Origin: Thermomicrobiales bacterium | GTDB taxonomy: Bacteria; Chloroflexota; Chloroflexia; Thermomicrobiales; UBA6265 | Assembly: GCA_041390745.1 (NCBI GenBank) | Contig: JAWKPJ010000001.1 | Location: 515,387-579,386, forward strand | DNA length: 64,000 nt | Reading direction: 5' to 3' | In this document: piece by piece, positions 9,597 through 20,369 of the stretch | Numbering within the stretch: the stretch's first letter is position 1 | How the letters are laid out: each line of letters begins with the position of its first letter | Position numbers and translations under genes: made by a program | Notes under the pieces: generated by a model | The model's database searches: none | The model's input: only the letters and a program-made list of their open reading frames with translations | Told to the model about the DNA's origin: nothing

Positions 9597-10334
9597 ATGC
9601 GGGACACGCAAGACCTGACCGGGAAAGTGCGTGGTCATCACCGGGGGCAGCAGCGGCGTTGGGCGCGCCACGGCGCTGGCCCTCGTGCGAGAGGGAGCGA
9701 TCCCTGTGCTCCTCGGCCGGACCGGGCAGCCATTGTCCGATGCGCTGGATCCACGCATCGTCGAAGCGGGCGGGGCCGGGCTCGCCGTACCGGCCGATGT
9801 CGCCAACGAGGAGGCCATAGCGGCCGCCTTTTCCAAAGCCGCCGACGAACTGGGCGGAATCGACGCGGTCATCCTCGCCGCCGGCATCGGCCGGTTCGGC
9901 AATGTGTCCAGTTACCCAAAGGCGGACTGGGACGCCACGCTCGCCACGAACCTGACCGGACCGTTCCTCTGCACCGAGGCAGCGATTCCGTACCTGCAAG
10001 CGCGGCGGCAGCAACATCATCGCCATCTCTTCCGGCGCGAGCAAGCAGGGGTACCCGGCCTGGCGGCCTACAGCGCCTCAAGTTTGGGTTGATGGGCTTC
10101 ATGCAGGGGCTGGCCGGCGAGGTCGGCCCGGACAACATCAAGGTCAGCACCATCGTCCCCGGTTCCGTTCTGACGCCCTTCGGCGGCCGCCCGGTCGAAG
10201 ACAAGCGCGCCGCAGCCGCCAACGACCCCGGCAAGAAGTACCTGGAACCGGAGGACGTGGCCGAGGCTATCCTCTATCTCCTCCGCCAGCCTGCCCGCGC
10301 CTGGACCCAGGAACTGAACCTCTGGCCGTTCTGA
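9597..10334 (+). pseudogene. Short-chain dehydrogenase/reductase (classical SDR) with multiple frame changes
   Basis: MRDTQDLTGKV (frame 0) is followed by VVITGGSSGVGRATALAL...NLTGPFLCTEAAIPYLQA (frame 1). Then come RGGSNIIAISSGASKQGYP (frame 2), GLAAYSAS (frame 1) and KFGLMGFMQGLAGEVGPDNIKVSTIVPGSV...ELNLWPF (frame 0, stop at 10334). The catalytic S...YxxxK is conserved once the frames are joined. Confidence 0.8.
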
Positions 10335-10380
10335 CCTCAAGGTTGTTACGAATCTGCTGATCACCTCTCCAGTCGAGGAC

Positions 10381-10600
10381 ATGCTGAGCCCCCGCCTGCG
10401 CGCGGTACGCGACGCCGTTGCAACAAGTGGGGCCAATGAGGTCGATGCGTTCTGGCAGGAGGTGCGCAACAACGGCGCTCCGCTGATCGAGCCGTGGCCC
10501 GATCGTGCGGACTGTTGCCTGGCGGCCTTTCTCTGGGAAGCAACCAGTCACGTTGACAACGTGAAACTACAGCGGTGTGCAGAGAAGGTAGGCCGCCGGG
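10381..10600 (+). pseudogene. N-terminal fragment of an enterochelin-esterase-like (Fes N-domain) esterase
   Basis: Only about 60 aa (LRAVRDAVATSGANEVDAFWQEVRNNGAPLIEPWPDRADCCLAAFLWEA) resemble the N-terminal domain of Fes-type esterases. No catalytic domain follows. The ORF then runs into a palindromic repeat and the 3' end of nadE. Confidence 0.4.
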
Positions 10601-10608
10601 ATTCCCCT

Positions 10609-10634
10609 CGTGTCTCGAGCGGAGTCGAGACACG
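10609..10634. repeat. Palindromic REP-like element (shares the GAGCGGAGTCGAG core with the copy at 57611)
   Basis: CGTGTCTCGA-GCGGAG-TCGAGACACG forms a 10-bp perfect stem. Confidence 0.55.
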
Positions 10635-10691
10635 GGATTTCGCCTGGCCGGTCAGGTTTTTTGCACTACGCTGTAGCGCACACGTTCACCC

Positions 10692-12593
10692 CTACTCCAT
10701 CGCAGCCCAACTGCGGTCCTGCACCACTGGCAGTTGCAGCGCGCGTTCGCGGTCCAGGTCCAGGTTGCCAATGTGCAGCGAAACTGGCGCCTGCACCCAC
10801 TTGTAGATGGAACCGAGGAAAAGCCGGGTGAACTTCTCGACCCAGGCGCGAATCTGCTCCGCCGGATACTGGGGGAACATTTCCGCCAGCACCACTTCCA
10901 CTTCCTGCGGCAGCAGCTTCTCGGCGCCGAAGAGGTGGAAACAGGCGTCCAGCACCGGGAAGGGCATCAGTTCCGCCTCGCCCTGCTGGTCTGGCGCCAG
11001 TTCCGGGCCGGCCGGGCGCGCCAGCACCAGGCGGATTCCCTCGTGCCCCGTCTTCTCCAGCAGGTAGTCCAGCAGCGCCATCACCACCGTCTTGGGCACG
11101 TTGGCGAGCACGCCCAGCGCACCCTCCAGGTCGCCGCCGACGGTCGTGTAGCCCACGGCTTTTTCGCTCATGTTGCCCGTCTGCAGAAAGAGGCCGCCTG
11201 ACGAGTTTGACCAGTTCCACATCCGCTGCCCCCGGATGCGCGCCTGGATGTTCTGCTTCGTCAGTTCGGTCACCTGCTCACCGGGCGCCAGCATCGCTTC
11301 CACAGCCGCCAGCTCCCGCTCGTAGGCCTCGTTGATCGGCACAGTCTCCAACGGAATCCCAAGGTCTTTGGCGATGGTCTCCGCCGCCGTCCGCGTCTCG
11401 CTTGAGGAGTAGCGGGACGGCATGGTGAAGGCGTACAGGATTTCGCCCGGGTTCTCCGGGTTGATGCGGCTGGCGTAGCGGTGGGCGATCAGCAGCGTCA
11501 GCAGGGAATCGCGCCCGCCGGAGAGCGCCACGCCGATCTTCCTGAAGACCTTGTTCTTCTCGTAATAGTCGCCGATCCCGAGCGTCAGCGCCTCCAGAAT
11601 GTCCTCGAAGAACAACTCGCGCCGGGATGGGCGAGGCGTAGGATCAGGCAGGAAGAAGGAGCCATTGCCCGGCACCGGGTAGCGCAGCGCCGAGCGCGCG
11701 TGCTCCGTGCTGAAGACATGCTGCGGCACGACCACCATGGTCGAGGGCGTGTGGTCGGCCAGGTACTCCTCGGCGTCGTTGCGCCAGGTCGTGTTCTCGG
11801 CACGCAGGCGGGAGGTGCGGTCCAGGTCCACCGTGGCGGCGGCGAATCCGGCCCTCCAGCGCGGCGCTTCCAGCATCCACTTGCCATTCTGGTTCACGTA
11901 CCCGCCGCCGTCGAAAATCAGGCCGTCATTGGCGCCGAGCAGGTTGGCGTACGCCAGGCAGGCCTGGTAGTCCGAGGCGCGGGTGGCGATAAGCTCGCGC
12001 CGCGTTTGCACGATGCCGAGGCGGAAGGGCGAGGCTGAAATGTTGCAGACCAACTCCGCGCCCGAGTAACTGCGCTGGCGGATCGGGCCCTCCGGGCTCC
12101 ACAGGTCCTCGCAGACTTCGGGCGCGATAACCCCGAAGTCGAACTGGATGATGAGGTCGCCAAACGGCACATCGCGCACCGTCGAGGTTGATTCGGGCAC
12201 ACCCCGGGAGAGCGTGCGCCCTTCATAAAAGATGTTGTATGTCGGCAGCTTCTGCTTGGGAGTCACGGCCACGATCTGGCCGCCGGCCAGCGTGGCCGCG
12301 CAGTTGTAGCGCAGCCCTTCATGCAACACGGCGACGCCGACAACGATCACCATGTCCAGCGTCGCCGTCTGGGCCGCAATGCGCTCCAGCTCGGGCCACT
12401 GCCGATCGACAAAGCCCTGCCACTGAATCAGGTCTTCCACCGGGTAGCCGCCAATCGCCTGCTCCGGGAAGAGGGCGACCGTCACACGGTCCGCCGCCAT
12501 ATCGGCGGCCAGGGCGATGACCTGGTCGGCGTTGGCGCGGAACGCGCCGACTGTGGTGTTGATGCTGCCAAGACCGATGCGCACGAGCCGCAT
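10692..12593 (-). CDS. nadE: Glutamine-dependent NAD+ synthetase (nitrilase domain plus synthetase domain)
   Basis: MRLVRIGLGSINTTVGAFRANADQ...CEDLWSPEGP is the CN-hydrolase domain, and GVALSGGRDSLLTLLIA is the PP-loop SGGxDS. ATG 12593 is preceded by GAGGGAA. The ORF-track start at 12704 is an upstream extension. Confidence 0.9.
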   Translation of the reverse strand: MRLVRIGLGSINTTVGAFRANADQVIALAADMAADRVTVALFPEQAIGGYPVEDLIQWQGFVDRQWPELERIAAQTATLDMVIVVGVAVLHEGLRYNCAATLAGGQIVAVTPKQKLPTYNIFYEGRTLSRGVPESTSTVRDVPFGDLIIQFDFGVIAPEVCEDLWSPEGPIRQRSYSGAELVCNISASPFRLGIVQTRRELIATRASDYQACLAYANLLGANDGLIFDGGGYVNQNGKWMLEAPRWRAGFAAATVDLDRTSRLRAENTTWRNDAEEYLADHTPSTMVVVPQHVFSTEHARSALRYPVPGNGSFFLPDPTPRPSRRELFFEDILEALTLGIGDYYEKNKVFRKIGVALSGGRDSLLTLLIAHRYASRINPENPGEILYAFTMPSRYSSSETRTAAETIAKDLGIPLETVPINEAYERELAAVEAMLAPGEQVTELTKQNIQARIRGQRMWNWSNSSGGLFLQTGNMSEKAVGYTTVGGDLEGALGVLANVPKTVVMALLDYLLEKTGHEGIRLVLARPAGPELAPDQQGEAELMPFPVLDACFHLFGAEKLLPQEVEVVLAEMFPQYPAEQIRAWVEKFTRLFLGSIYKWVQAPVSLHIGNLDLDRERALQLPVVQDRSWAAME

Positions 12594-12775
12594 GCAGACG
12601 TTCCCTCTGGGCGAATAGTCGCCGCCGTACCGGCGCGCAGCGCACCGGAAATCCCTGGCCCCGTAGTGTAGGGGACGCAGTCGCCCGCCTTGGCGCCGGG
12701 TCAATCGCCCGCGGCAAGATAGAAACGGGAGAATGTGGTATCCTCCCGTCCCGGAAACAAATCCGGAGGCAGGGC

Positions 12776-13108
12776 GTGTCCAACGGTCAATCTCCGGATC
12801 ATCACGAACTACGAGTCATCGGCGTCGCGACAGGGCTCGGATGCTCTATCGTCGTGGCGCTCATTCTGTGTATTGGCGGCGGCGTGCTGCTGGACCGCCA
12901 GTTCGGAGCCTCTCCGGTCTTCACCCTGCTGGGTGTGGCGTTGGGGTTGGTGACCGCGGGCTACCAGCTCTGGGAGCTGGCCAGGCTCGGGAGTACGAAG
13001 TCGCAGGCGGGGCCGCTGACACGGCAAATCTCCCGCTTGCCTATGGCGCGCGCGTCACGGCCAACGCATGGCCAGCGGTCGCCCGCCTCACGAGAGCACG
13101 AGGAGTAG
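12776..13108 (+). CDS. Small two-helix membrane protein at the head of the atp operon (AtpZ/AtpI-like)
   Basis: A GTG start follows GGAGGCAGGG. Two hydrophobic helices (VIGVATGLGCSIVVALILCIGGGVLL and VFTLLGVALGLVTAGYQLW) are present. The call rests on position and architecture only. Confidence 0.6.
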   Translation: MSNGQSPDHHELRVIGVATGLGCSIVVALILCIGGGVLLDRQFGASPVFTLLGVALGLVTAGYQLWELARLGSTKSQAGPLTRQISRLPMARASRPTHGQRSPASREHEE

Positions 13109-13117
13109 CGCCCAGGG

Positions 13118-14104
13118 ATGGAGATCCATATCTCGATCGCCGCGGAAACCCTCTTCAATGTGGGTCCTGTCCCGGTAACGAACTCGATGCTCACCATGTT
13201 CATCATCATGGGCATCCTGCTTATTGGCGGCGCGGCCATCGGGCGCAACGCGAAGCTCGTGCCCGGACGCTGGCAAAGTCTTTTCGAGGCGTCCGCCGGT
13301 TTCATCCTGGAACTTGTTGAGAGCACGGGCGGCAAGAGCTTTGGCCGCCGCGTCTTCCCGCTCGTGGGCGCCATCTTCATCTTTATCGCTATCGCCAACT
13401 ACTCCGGCGTACTGCCGGGCGTGGGCACTATCGGCTTCTATCGCGATGAGGCTGCGGTCGCCTCCGCCTCGCACGAGGGCGAAGAAGCTGTGCTTCAGGG
13501 CGGCGAAGGCGAGGCCCTGGTCGTTGATGAGAGCGCCAGCCACACCGAGTCGGATGCCGTCGCCGCGACCGATGAGCACGCCGCAGAAGAAGGCGAACAC
13601 CACGGCCCAACGCTGGTGCCGCTCTTCCGCGCGCCAAATGCTGACCTCAACATGACCCTGGCCATGGCGCTGGTGACCTTCACGACCGTCCAGATCTACG
13701 GCATCCGGGCGCATGGCGTCGGCGGCCGCATCAAGCACATGGCCGATCCGCCCTTCCTCCTCCCCATCGAGGTGGTTTCCGAGTTCGGGCGCATCATCTC
13801 ACTCTCCGCCCGTCTCTTCGGCAACGTGTTCGCGGGCGAAGTGCTGCTGGGCGTGATGTACGCCATGGCCAACGCCGTGAAGATCGCCATTATCCCCTTG
13901 TTCGTACCGGTGATCTTCATCTTCCTTGAACTCCTCTTCGGCACCATCCAGGCGCTGGTGTTCGCGCTGCTCACCGCCATCTACGTCACCATGGCGGGTG
14001 GTGAAAGCGGGCACGGGGACGAAGCGCACGGCCATGACGAAGCAGGAGACCAAAACGGCGCGCACCCGGTGTCCGCGCCGGCATCAGCCGCAGCGGGCGA
14101 CTGA
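13118..14104 (+). CDS. atpB: F0F1 ATP synthase subunit a, with an acidic loop insertion and a His/acid-rich C-terminal tail
   Basis: Conserved motifs are LFRAPNADLNMTLAMAL and SLSARLFGNVFAGEVLL (essential Arg), followed by LFGTIQALVFALLTAIY. Extra segments are described in the findings. Confidence 0.9.
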   Translation: MEIHISIAAETLFNVGPVPVTNSMLTMFIIMGILLIGGAAIGRNAKLVPGRWQSLFEASAGFILELVESTGGKSFGRRVFPLVGAIFIFIAIANYSGVLPGVGTIGFYRDEAAVASASHEGEEAVLQGGEGEALVVDESASHTESDAVAATDEHAAEEGEHHGPTLVPLFRAPNADLNMTLAMALVTFTTVQIYGIRAHGVGGRIKHMADPPFLLPIEVVSEFGRIISLSARLFGNVFAGEVLLGVMYAMANAVKIAIIPLFVPVIFIFLELLFGTIQALVFALLTAIYVTMAGGESGHGDEAHGHDEAGDQNGAHPVSAPASAAAGD

Positions 14105-14138
14105 TTTCGCGAGTCTCCACACCGCGTCATCGTTGTGA

Positions 14139-14459
<321 letters not shown>

Positions 14460-14562
14460 CCAGAAGCGCAGGGGCTGCCGGGCGCAGGGGACACGGGCGC
14501 AGAACGCGTCGCCTTCCCCCGCCGCCCGGGAGCCCCAAACCTTCTCCCGGAGATCGACACGC

Positions 14563-15069
14563 ATGGGCGCACTTGGACTCAACCTGTGGGGCCTGATCGT
14601 TCAGATCATCGCCTTCATTGTCTTTGTCATCCTGTTCTGGAAGTACGCGCTCGGCCCCATTACCAACATGCTCGACGAGCGCAGCAAGCGCATCGCCGAC
14701 AGCATGGCGGCGGCGGACCGGATGCGACAGGAAATGGCGTCGGCCAGCGCCCGTAACGAGGAAATCCTGGCCGAGGCCAGGCAGCAGGCGCAGCAGATCA
14801 TTACGCAGGCCCGCGAAGTGGGTGATGCCACGGTCGCACGGGCCCAGAAGGAAGCGGCTGACCAGGCCGATGCCTACCTGGCCCGGGCCCAGGCAACACT
14901 GCGGCAGGAGACCGAACAGGCCCGGCTGCAACTGCGGCAGGAACTGGCGGATCTGGCAGTTATGGCTGCCGGCCGCATCGTGAAGAAGGAACTCGATCCC
15001 GCCGCGCAAAGCACGCTTATTGCGGACGTGCTGAACGAGGCGAGTGTGCCGGCCGGAGGGCGCGGCTAA
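14563..15069 (+). CDS. atpF: F0F1 ATP synthase subunit b
   Basis: MGALGLNLWGLIVQIIAFIVFVILFWKYALGPITNMLDERSKRI is followed by a long charged helix. The start at ATG 14563 was chosen from the family-typical N-terminus. Confidence 0.85.
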   Translation: MGALGLNLWGLIVQIIAFIVFVILFWKYALGPITNMLDERSKRIADSMAAADRMRQEMASASARNEEILAEARQQAQQIITQAREVGDATVARAQKEAADQADAYLARAQATLRQETEQARLQLRQELADLAVMAAGRIVKKELDPAAQSTLIADVLNEASVPAGGRG

Positions 15070-15102
15070 TACCGGCCAGGAGCCGAAAGGTAAGGAATTT
15101 CG

Positions 15103-15639
15103 TTGGCTAGCAGTGCGGCAACTCGATACGCTCAGGCAGTCTTCAGTCTTGGTAAGGAACGCGGCACCCTCGATGTGTGGCAATCCGATCTGACCGACCT
15201 CGCCACACTCACGGGTGATTCTCGCGTCTCGTCCTATCTCAGCAATCCCAGCATCACCGCAGACACCAAGCTGGCCACCCTGGAGGCGTCGTTGCCATCC
15301 ACTGTGCAGCCCGAACTGCGAAACCTGGCCAAGTTGCTTGTCGTGCGGGACCGCACGAACCTCATTCCCCAGATCCGCGAGATCTTCGAGAATCAGGTTC
15401 GCGCCGAGCGCGGCATCACCGTGGCCAAGGTGACCACCTCCGAGCCGCTCACGGCCGAGGAGGAGACCCTGGTCCGGGAGAAGCTCGCAGCCATGACCGG
15501 CAACACCATCGAGATCACTGCCACGGTTGATCCCGACATCATCGGCGGGATCGTGGTGCGCATTGGTGATCAGGTGATTGACGGCAGCGTCCGCAACAAG
15601 CTGGAACGGATGCGCACGCGCCTGGTCGCCGGCCGCTAG
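15103..15639 (+). CDS. atpH: F0F1 ATP synthase subunit delta (OSCP)
   Basis: TTG start. ATRYAQAVFSL...GGIVVRIGDQVIDGSVRNKLERM is typical of delta/OSCP. Confidence 0.85.
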   Translation: MASSAATRYAQAVFSLGKERGTLDVWQSDLTDLATLTGDSRVSSYLSNPSITADTKLATLEASLPSTVQPELRNLAKLLVVRDRTNLIPQIREIFENQVRAERGITVAKVTTSEPLTAEEETLVREKLAAMTGNTIEITATVDPDIIGGIVVRIGDQVIDGSVRNKLERMRTRLVAGR

Positions 15640-15693
15640 ACGGCCGCAGATGCGGAAGCGGAGTATCCCCTCACCTGTATAGAGGAGCAGACC

Positions 15694-17235
15694 ATGGCGG
15701 TACGGCCTACAGAAATCAGCGACATTATTCGCTCGCAGATCGCCGGATTTGATGACGCCACGTCGCTGACCAACGTGGGCACCGTTGTCAGCATTGGTGA
15801 CGGCATCGCCAACGTGTACGGCCTCAGCAACGTGATGGCTTCGGAACTGGTCGAGTTCCCACGCACGAACACGACCGGCCTCGCCTTCAACCTCGGCGAA
15901 GACTCCGTTGGTGTCCTCGTCCTGGGCGACTACAAGGCCATTGAAGAGGGCGACGAGGTGCGCGGCACCGGCGAAGTCGCCTCCGTTCCCGTCGGCGACG
16001 CGCTCATCGGCCGCGTGGTGAACGCGCTCGGCGAGCCGATCGACGGCAAGGGGCCCATCGCCACCGACAAGCGGCGCCCAATCGAGATCATCGCCCCGGG
16101 CGTGATCCAGCGCGCCGACGTCGATCAGCCGCTCCAGACCGGGCTCAAGGCCATCGACGCCATGATCCCGATCGGCCGCGGCCAGCGCGAGTTGATCATT
16201 GGTGACCGCCAGACCGGCAAGACCGCCGTGGCCATGGACACCATCATCAACCAGCGGGACTCCGATGTGATCCCCATCTACGTCGCCATCGGCCAGAAGC
16301 AGGCCCAGGTAGCGCAGGCGGTCCGCATCCTGGAGCAGCAGGGCGTGCTGGACAAGTCCATCGTGGTCGTCGCCTCGGCGGCCGACCCGGCGACCCAGCA
16401 ATACCTGGCCCCCTTCGCCGGCACGGCCATGGGCGAGGAATTCATGCACGATGGCCGCCACGCGCTGATCGTGTACGACGACCTCTCCAAGCACGCGCAG
16501 GCCTACCGCGAGGTCTCGCTGCTCACCCGCCGCCCACCAGGCCGCGAAGCCTACCCGGGCGACGTCTTCTACCTGCACTCCCGCCTCCTGGAGCGCTCGG
16601 CCCGCCTCAGCGATGCGCTGGGCGGCGGTACGCTGACCTCCCTGCCAATCATTGAGACTCAGGCGGGTGACGTGTCCGCGTACATCCCGACGAACGTGAT
16701 CTCGATCACGGACGGCCAGATCTACCTGGACCCGGAACTCTTCTACGCTGGTATCCGCCCGGCCATCAACGTCGGCATCTCCGTCTCCCGCGTCGGCGGC
16801 GCAGCGCAGATCAAGGGCATGCGCCAGGTGGCAGGCCGCCTACGCCTTGACCTTGCCCAGTACCGCTCCCTCGCCGCCTTCGCCCAGTTCGGCACTGCCG
16901 ACCTGGACCCGGTTACGCGCAAGCAGATCGAGACCGGCGCGCGCATGACCGAAATCCTGAAGCAGGGCCAGTATCAGCCGATGCCGGTGCAGGAGCAGAT
17001 TGCGGACCTGTGGATGGCCGGGAACGGCTTCCTGGACACGGTGCCGGTGAACGAAGTGCGCGAATTCGAGGCCGCCTACCTGGATTATCTGCGTACTGCC
17101 AACGCGAGCCTGCTTGAGAAGATCGCGCAGGAAAAGCAGTTGACCGACGCCATCACCGAGGAACTGCGCGCCGCCACCGAGGCGTTCAAGGCCGGCTCCC
17201 GGTGGGGCGGCGCGGCCGCGCGCAGCGCCGCCTAA
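15694..17235 (+). CDS. atpA: F0F1 ATP synthase subunit alpha
   Basis: Walker [11 protein letters not shown] is present, along with [44 protein letters not shown]. Confidence 0.97.
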   Translation: MAVRPTEISDIIRSQIAGFDDATSLTNVGTVVSIGDGIANVYGLSNVMASELVEFPRTNTTGLAFNLGEDSVGVLVLGDYKAIEEGDEVRGTGEVASVPVGDALIGRVVNALGEPIDGKGPIATDKRRPIEIIAPGVIQRADVDQPLQTGLKAIDAMIPIGRGQRELIIGDRQTGKTAVAMDTIINQRDSDVIPIYVAIGQKQAQVAQAVRILEQQGVLDKSIVVVASAADPATQQYLAPFAGTAMGEEFMHDGRHALIVYDDLSKHAQAYREVSLLTRRPPGREAYPGDVFYLHSRLLERSARLSDALGGGTLTSLPIIETQAGDVSAYIPTNVISITDGQIYLDPELFYAGIRPAINVGISVSRVGGAAQIKGMRQVAGRLRLDLAQYRSLAAFAQFGTADLDPVTRKQIETGARMTEILKQGQYQPMPVQEQIADLWMAGNGFLDTVPVNEVREFEAAYLDYLRTANASLLEKIAQEKQLTDAITEELRAATEAFKAGSRWGGAAARSAA

Positions 17236-17254
17236 GCGCTGAGGAGCAACGCCC

Positions 17255-18121
17255 GTGGCCAACTCACGAGAAATTCAGCGCCGCATCCGCAGCGTCGGCA
17301 ACATGTCCCAAATCACGCGGGCCATGGAGATGGTGTCTGCCGTAAAAATGCGGCGCGCCCAGCAGCGAGTGACGGCCAGCCGCCCGTACAGCGACCAGTT
17401 GCGCCAGATCATGAGTGACCTGGCCAGCCAGCAGCCGGACCAGGAGCAGCTGAGCCAGTTTCCGCTGTTGCAGCGGCGGCCAGTCAAGAACGTGATGATG
17501 ATCGTGGTGGCGCCGGATCGCGGACTGACCGGCGCCCTCAACACGAATATCCTGCGCCGCGCCTCACGCTTCATCCTGGAGGATGCCCAGGCGCCGGTGA
17601 GCATCATCACCATCGGCAAGAAGTCGCGCGACTACTTCGTCAAGACGAAGCAGAACGTGATCGCGGAGTACATCCAGCTCGGTGACGACGTTACTCTCGA
17701 TGTGGTGCGCGGTATCGCTGATGTCGCCATCGACGAGTTTGTCAGCGGACGTGTGGACGCGGTGTACGTGGTGTACGCCAGGTTCATCAATACCCTGACG
17801 CAGCGGCCGGAAGTGGTGCAGATCCTGCCCATGGAACCACCCGCTACGCACGAGGGCTACGTTGATTACATCTTTGAGCCGAGCCCGGATGAGGTCCTGA
17901 GCGCGCTCCTGCCGCGCTATATCGAGGTCCAACTCTACCAGGCGATCCTCGAAAGCCTGGCCTCCGAGCACTCGGCCCGCATGGTTTCCATGCGCAGTGC
18001 GTCGGACAACGCCAAGGAGATCGTGCAGGAGCTCACGCTCTCCCGGAACAAGGCGCGCCAGGCGCAGATCACCCAGGAAGTCTCCGAGATCGCCGCCGGC
18101 GCCAACGCAATGGCCGGCTAA
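17255..18121 (+). CDS. atpG: F0F1 ATP synthase subunit gamma
   Basis: REIQRRIRSVGNMSQITRAMEMVSAVKMRRAQ...ITQEVSEIAAGANA matches the conserved gamma termini. Confidence 0.95.
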   Translation: MANSREIQRRIRSVGNMSQITRAMEMVSAVKMRRAQQRVTASRPYSDQLRQIMSDLASQQPDQEQLSQFPLLQRRPVKNVMMIVVAPDRGLTGALNTNILRRASRFILEDAQAPVSIITIGKKSRDYFVKTKQNVIAEYIQLGDDVTLDVVRGIADVAIDEFVSGRVDAVYVVYARFINTLTQRPEVVQILPMEPPATHEGYVDYIFEPSPDEVLSALLPRYIEVQLYQAILESLASEHSARMVSMRSASDNAKEIVQELTLSRNKARQAQITQEVSEIAAGANAMAG

Positions 18122-19606
<1,485 letters not shown>

Positions 19607-19632
19607 GCTAGGGTCAGGGAGAACGGTTCACC

Positions 19633-20091
19633 ATGGCCGGCAAACTACGCATTGAGATCGTGACCGGAGAGCGCGTCATCCTGCAGGAAGATGACGTGGA
19701 CATGGTGCTGGTTCCCGGTGCGGCTGGCATGCTCGGCATCCTGCCGCAGCATGCCCCGCTCGTCACCACCCTGTCCCTGGGCGAACTCCGCATCAAGAAG
19801 GGCGGCACGGAGCAATCGATCCTCGTCTTCGGTGGCTTCATGGAGGTCTCCCACGACCGGGTGCTGGTGCTCGCGGACACCGCCGAACGGGTGGAAGAGC
19901 TGGACCTGGCGAGGGCGGAGGATGCGCGCAAGCGCGCCGAAGTCTCCATCGCGGGGCGGCAGTCCACCATGGAGCTGGAGCAGGCGCAAGCCTCACTGCG
20001 CCGCGCCAACCTGCGGTTGCGCGTGGGCCAGAAGCGCGGCAGCCGCGGCGGCCCACGCGGCGGCGGCGAGATTCCCGGCTCACTCAACTAG
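19633..20091 (+). CDS. atpC: F0F1 ATP synthase subunit epsilon
   Basis: LRIEIVTGERVILQEDDVDMVLVPGAAGMLGILPQHAPLVTTL is the typical beta-sandwich N-domain, followed by a helical C-terminus. Confidence 0.9.
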   Translation: MAGKLRIEIVTGERVILQEDDVDMVLVPGAAGMLGILPQHAPLVTTLSLGELRIKKGGTEQSILVFGGFMEVSHDRVLVLADTAERVEELDLARAEDARKRAEVSIAGRQSTMELEQAQASLRRANLRLRVGQKRGSRGGPRGGGEIPGSLN

Positions 20092-20099
20092 TCTGAGTG

Positions 20100-20138
20100 A
20101 AACCGCCCCGGCTTGCGCCGGGGCGGTTTTGCATTTCT
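20100..20138 (+). terminator. Rho-independent terminator of the atp operon
   Basis: A 13-bp stem (AAACCGCCCCGGC / GCCGGGGCGGTTT) with a TTGC loop is followed by a T-rich tail. It starts 9 nt after the atpC stop. Confidence 0.9.
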
Positions 20139-20197
20139 GGCATAAACCGCAGAGAATCCAGCGGCAGTAACGCAAGAAGGGGCCATCCACTCAAAGG

Positions 20198-20296
20198 GGT
20201 CACCCTGAGCTTGCGCGGGATCTCGTACGCTGCGGCCTCCAATTGCGGAGAGCGAAAAGAAGAACGAGATCCTGCGCCTGTGGGCTCAGGATGACC
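20198..20296. repeat. MITE/REP-like element of about 100 bp with inverted terminal arms (family 2)
   Basis: The left arm is GGTCACCCTGAGCTTGCGCGGGATCTCG (20198-20225). The right arm is CGAGATCCTGCGCCTGTGGGCTCAGGATGACC (20265-20296), which is the reverse complement of GGTCATCCTGAGC...GGATCTCG. Confidence 0.7.
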
Positions 20297-20369
20297 TCCG
20301 CGGGTGAACGACACGCTTGAATGAAGGCTCATGCAAGACCCGTCTACCGCAAGAAAACCGGAGGACGCC

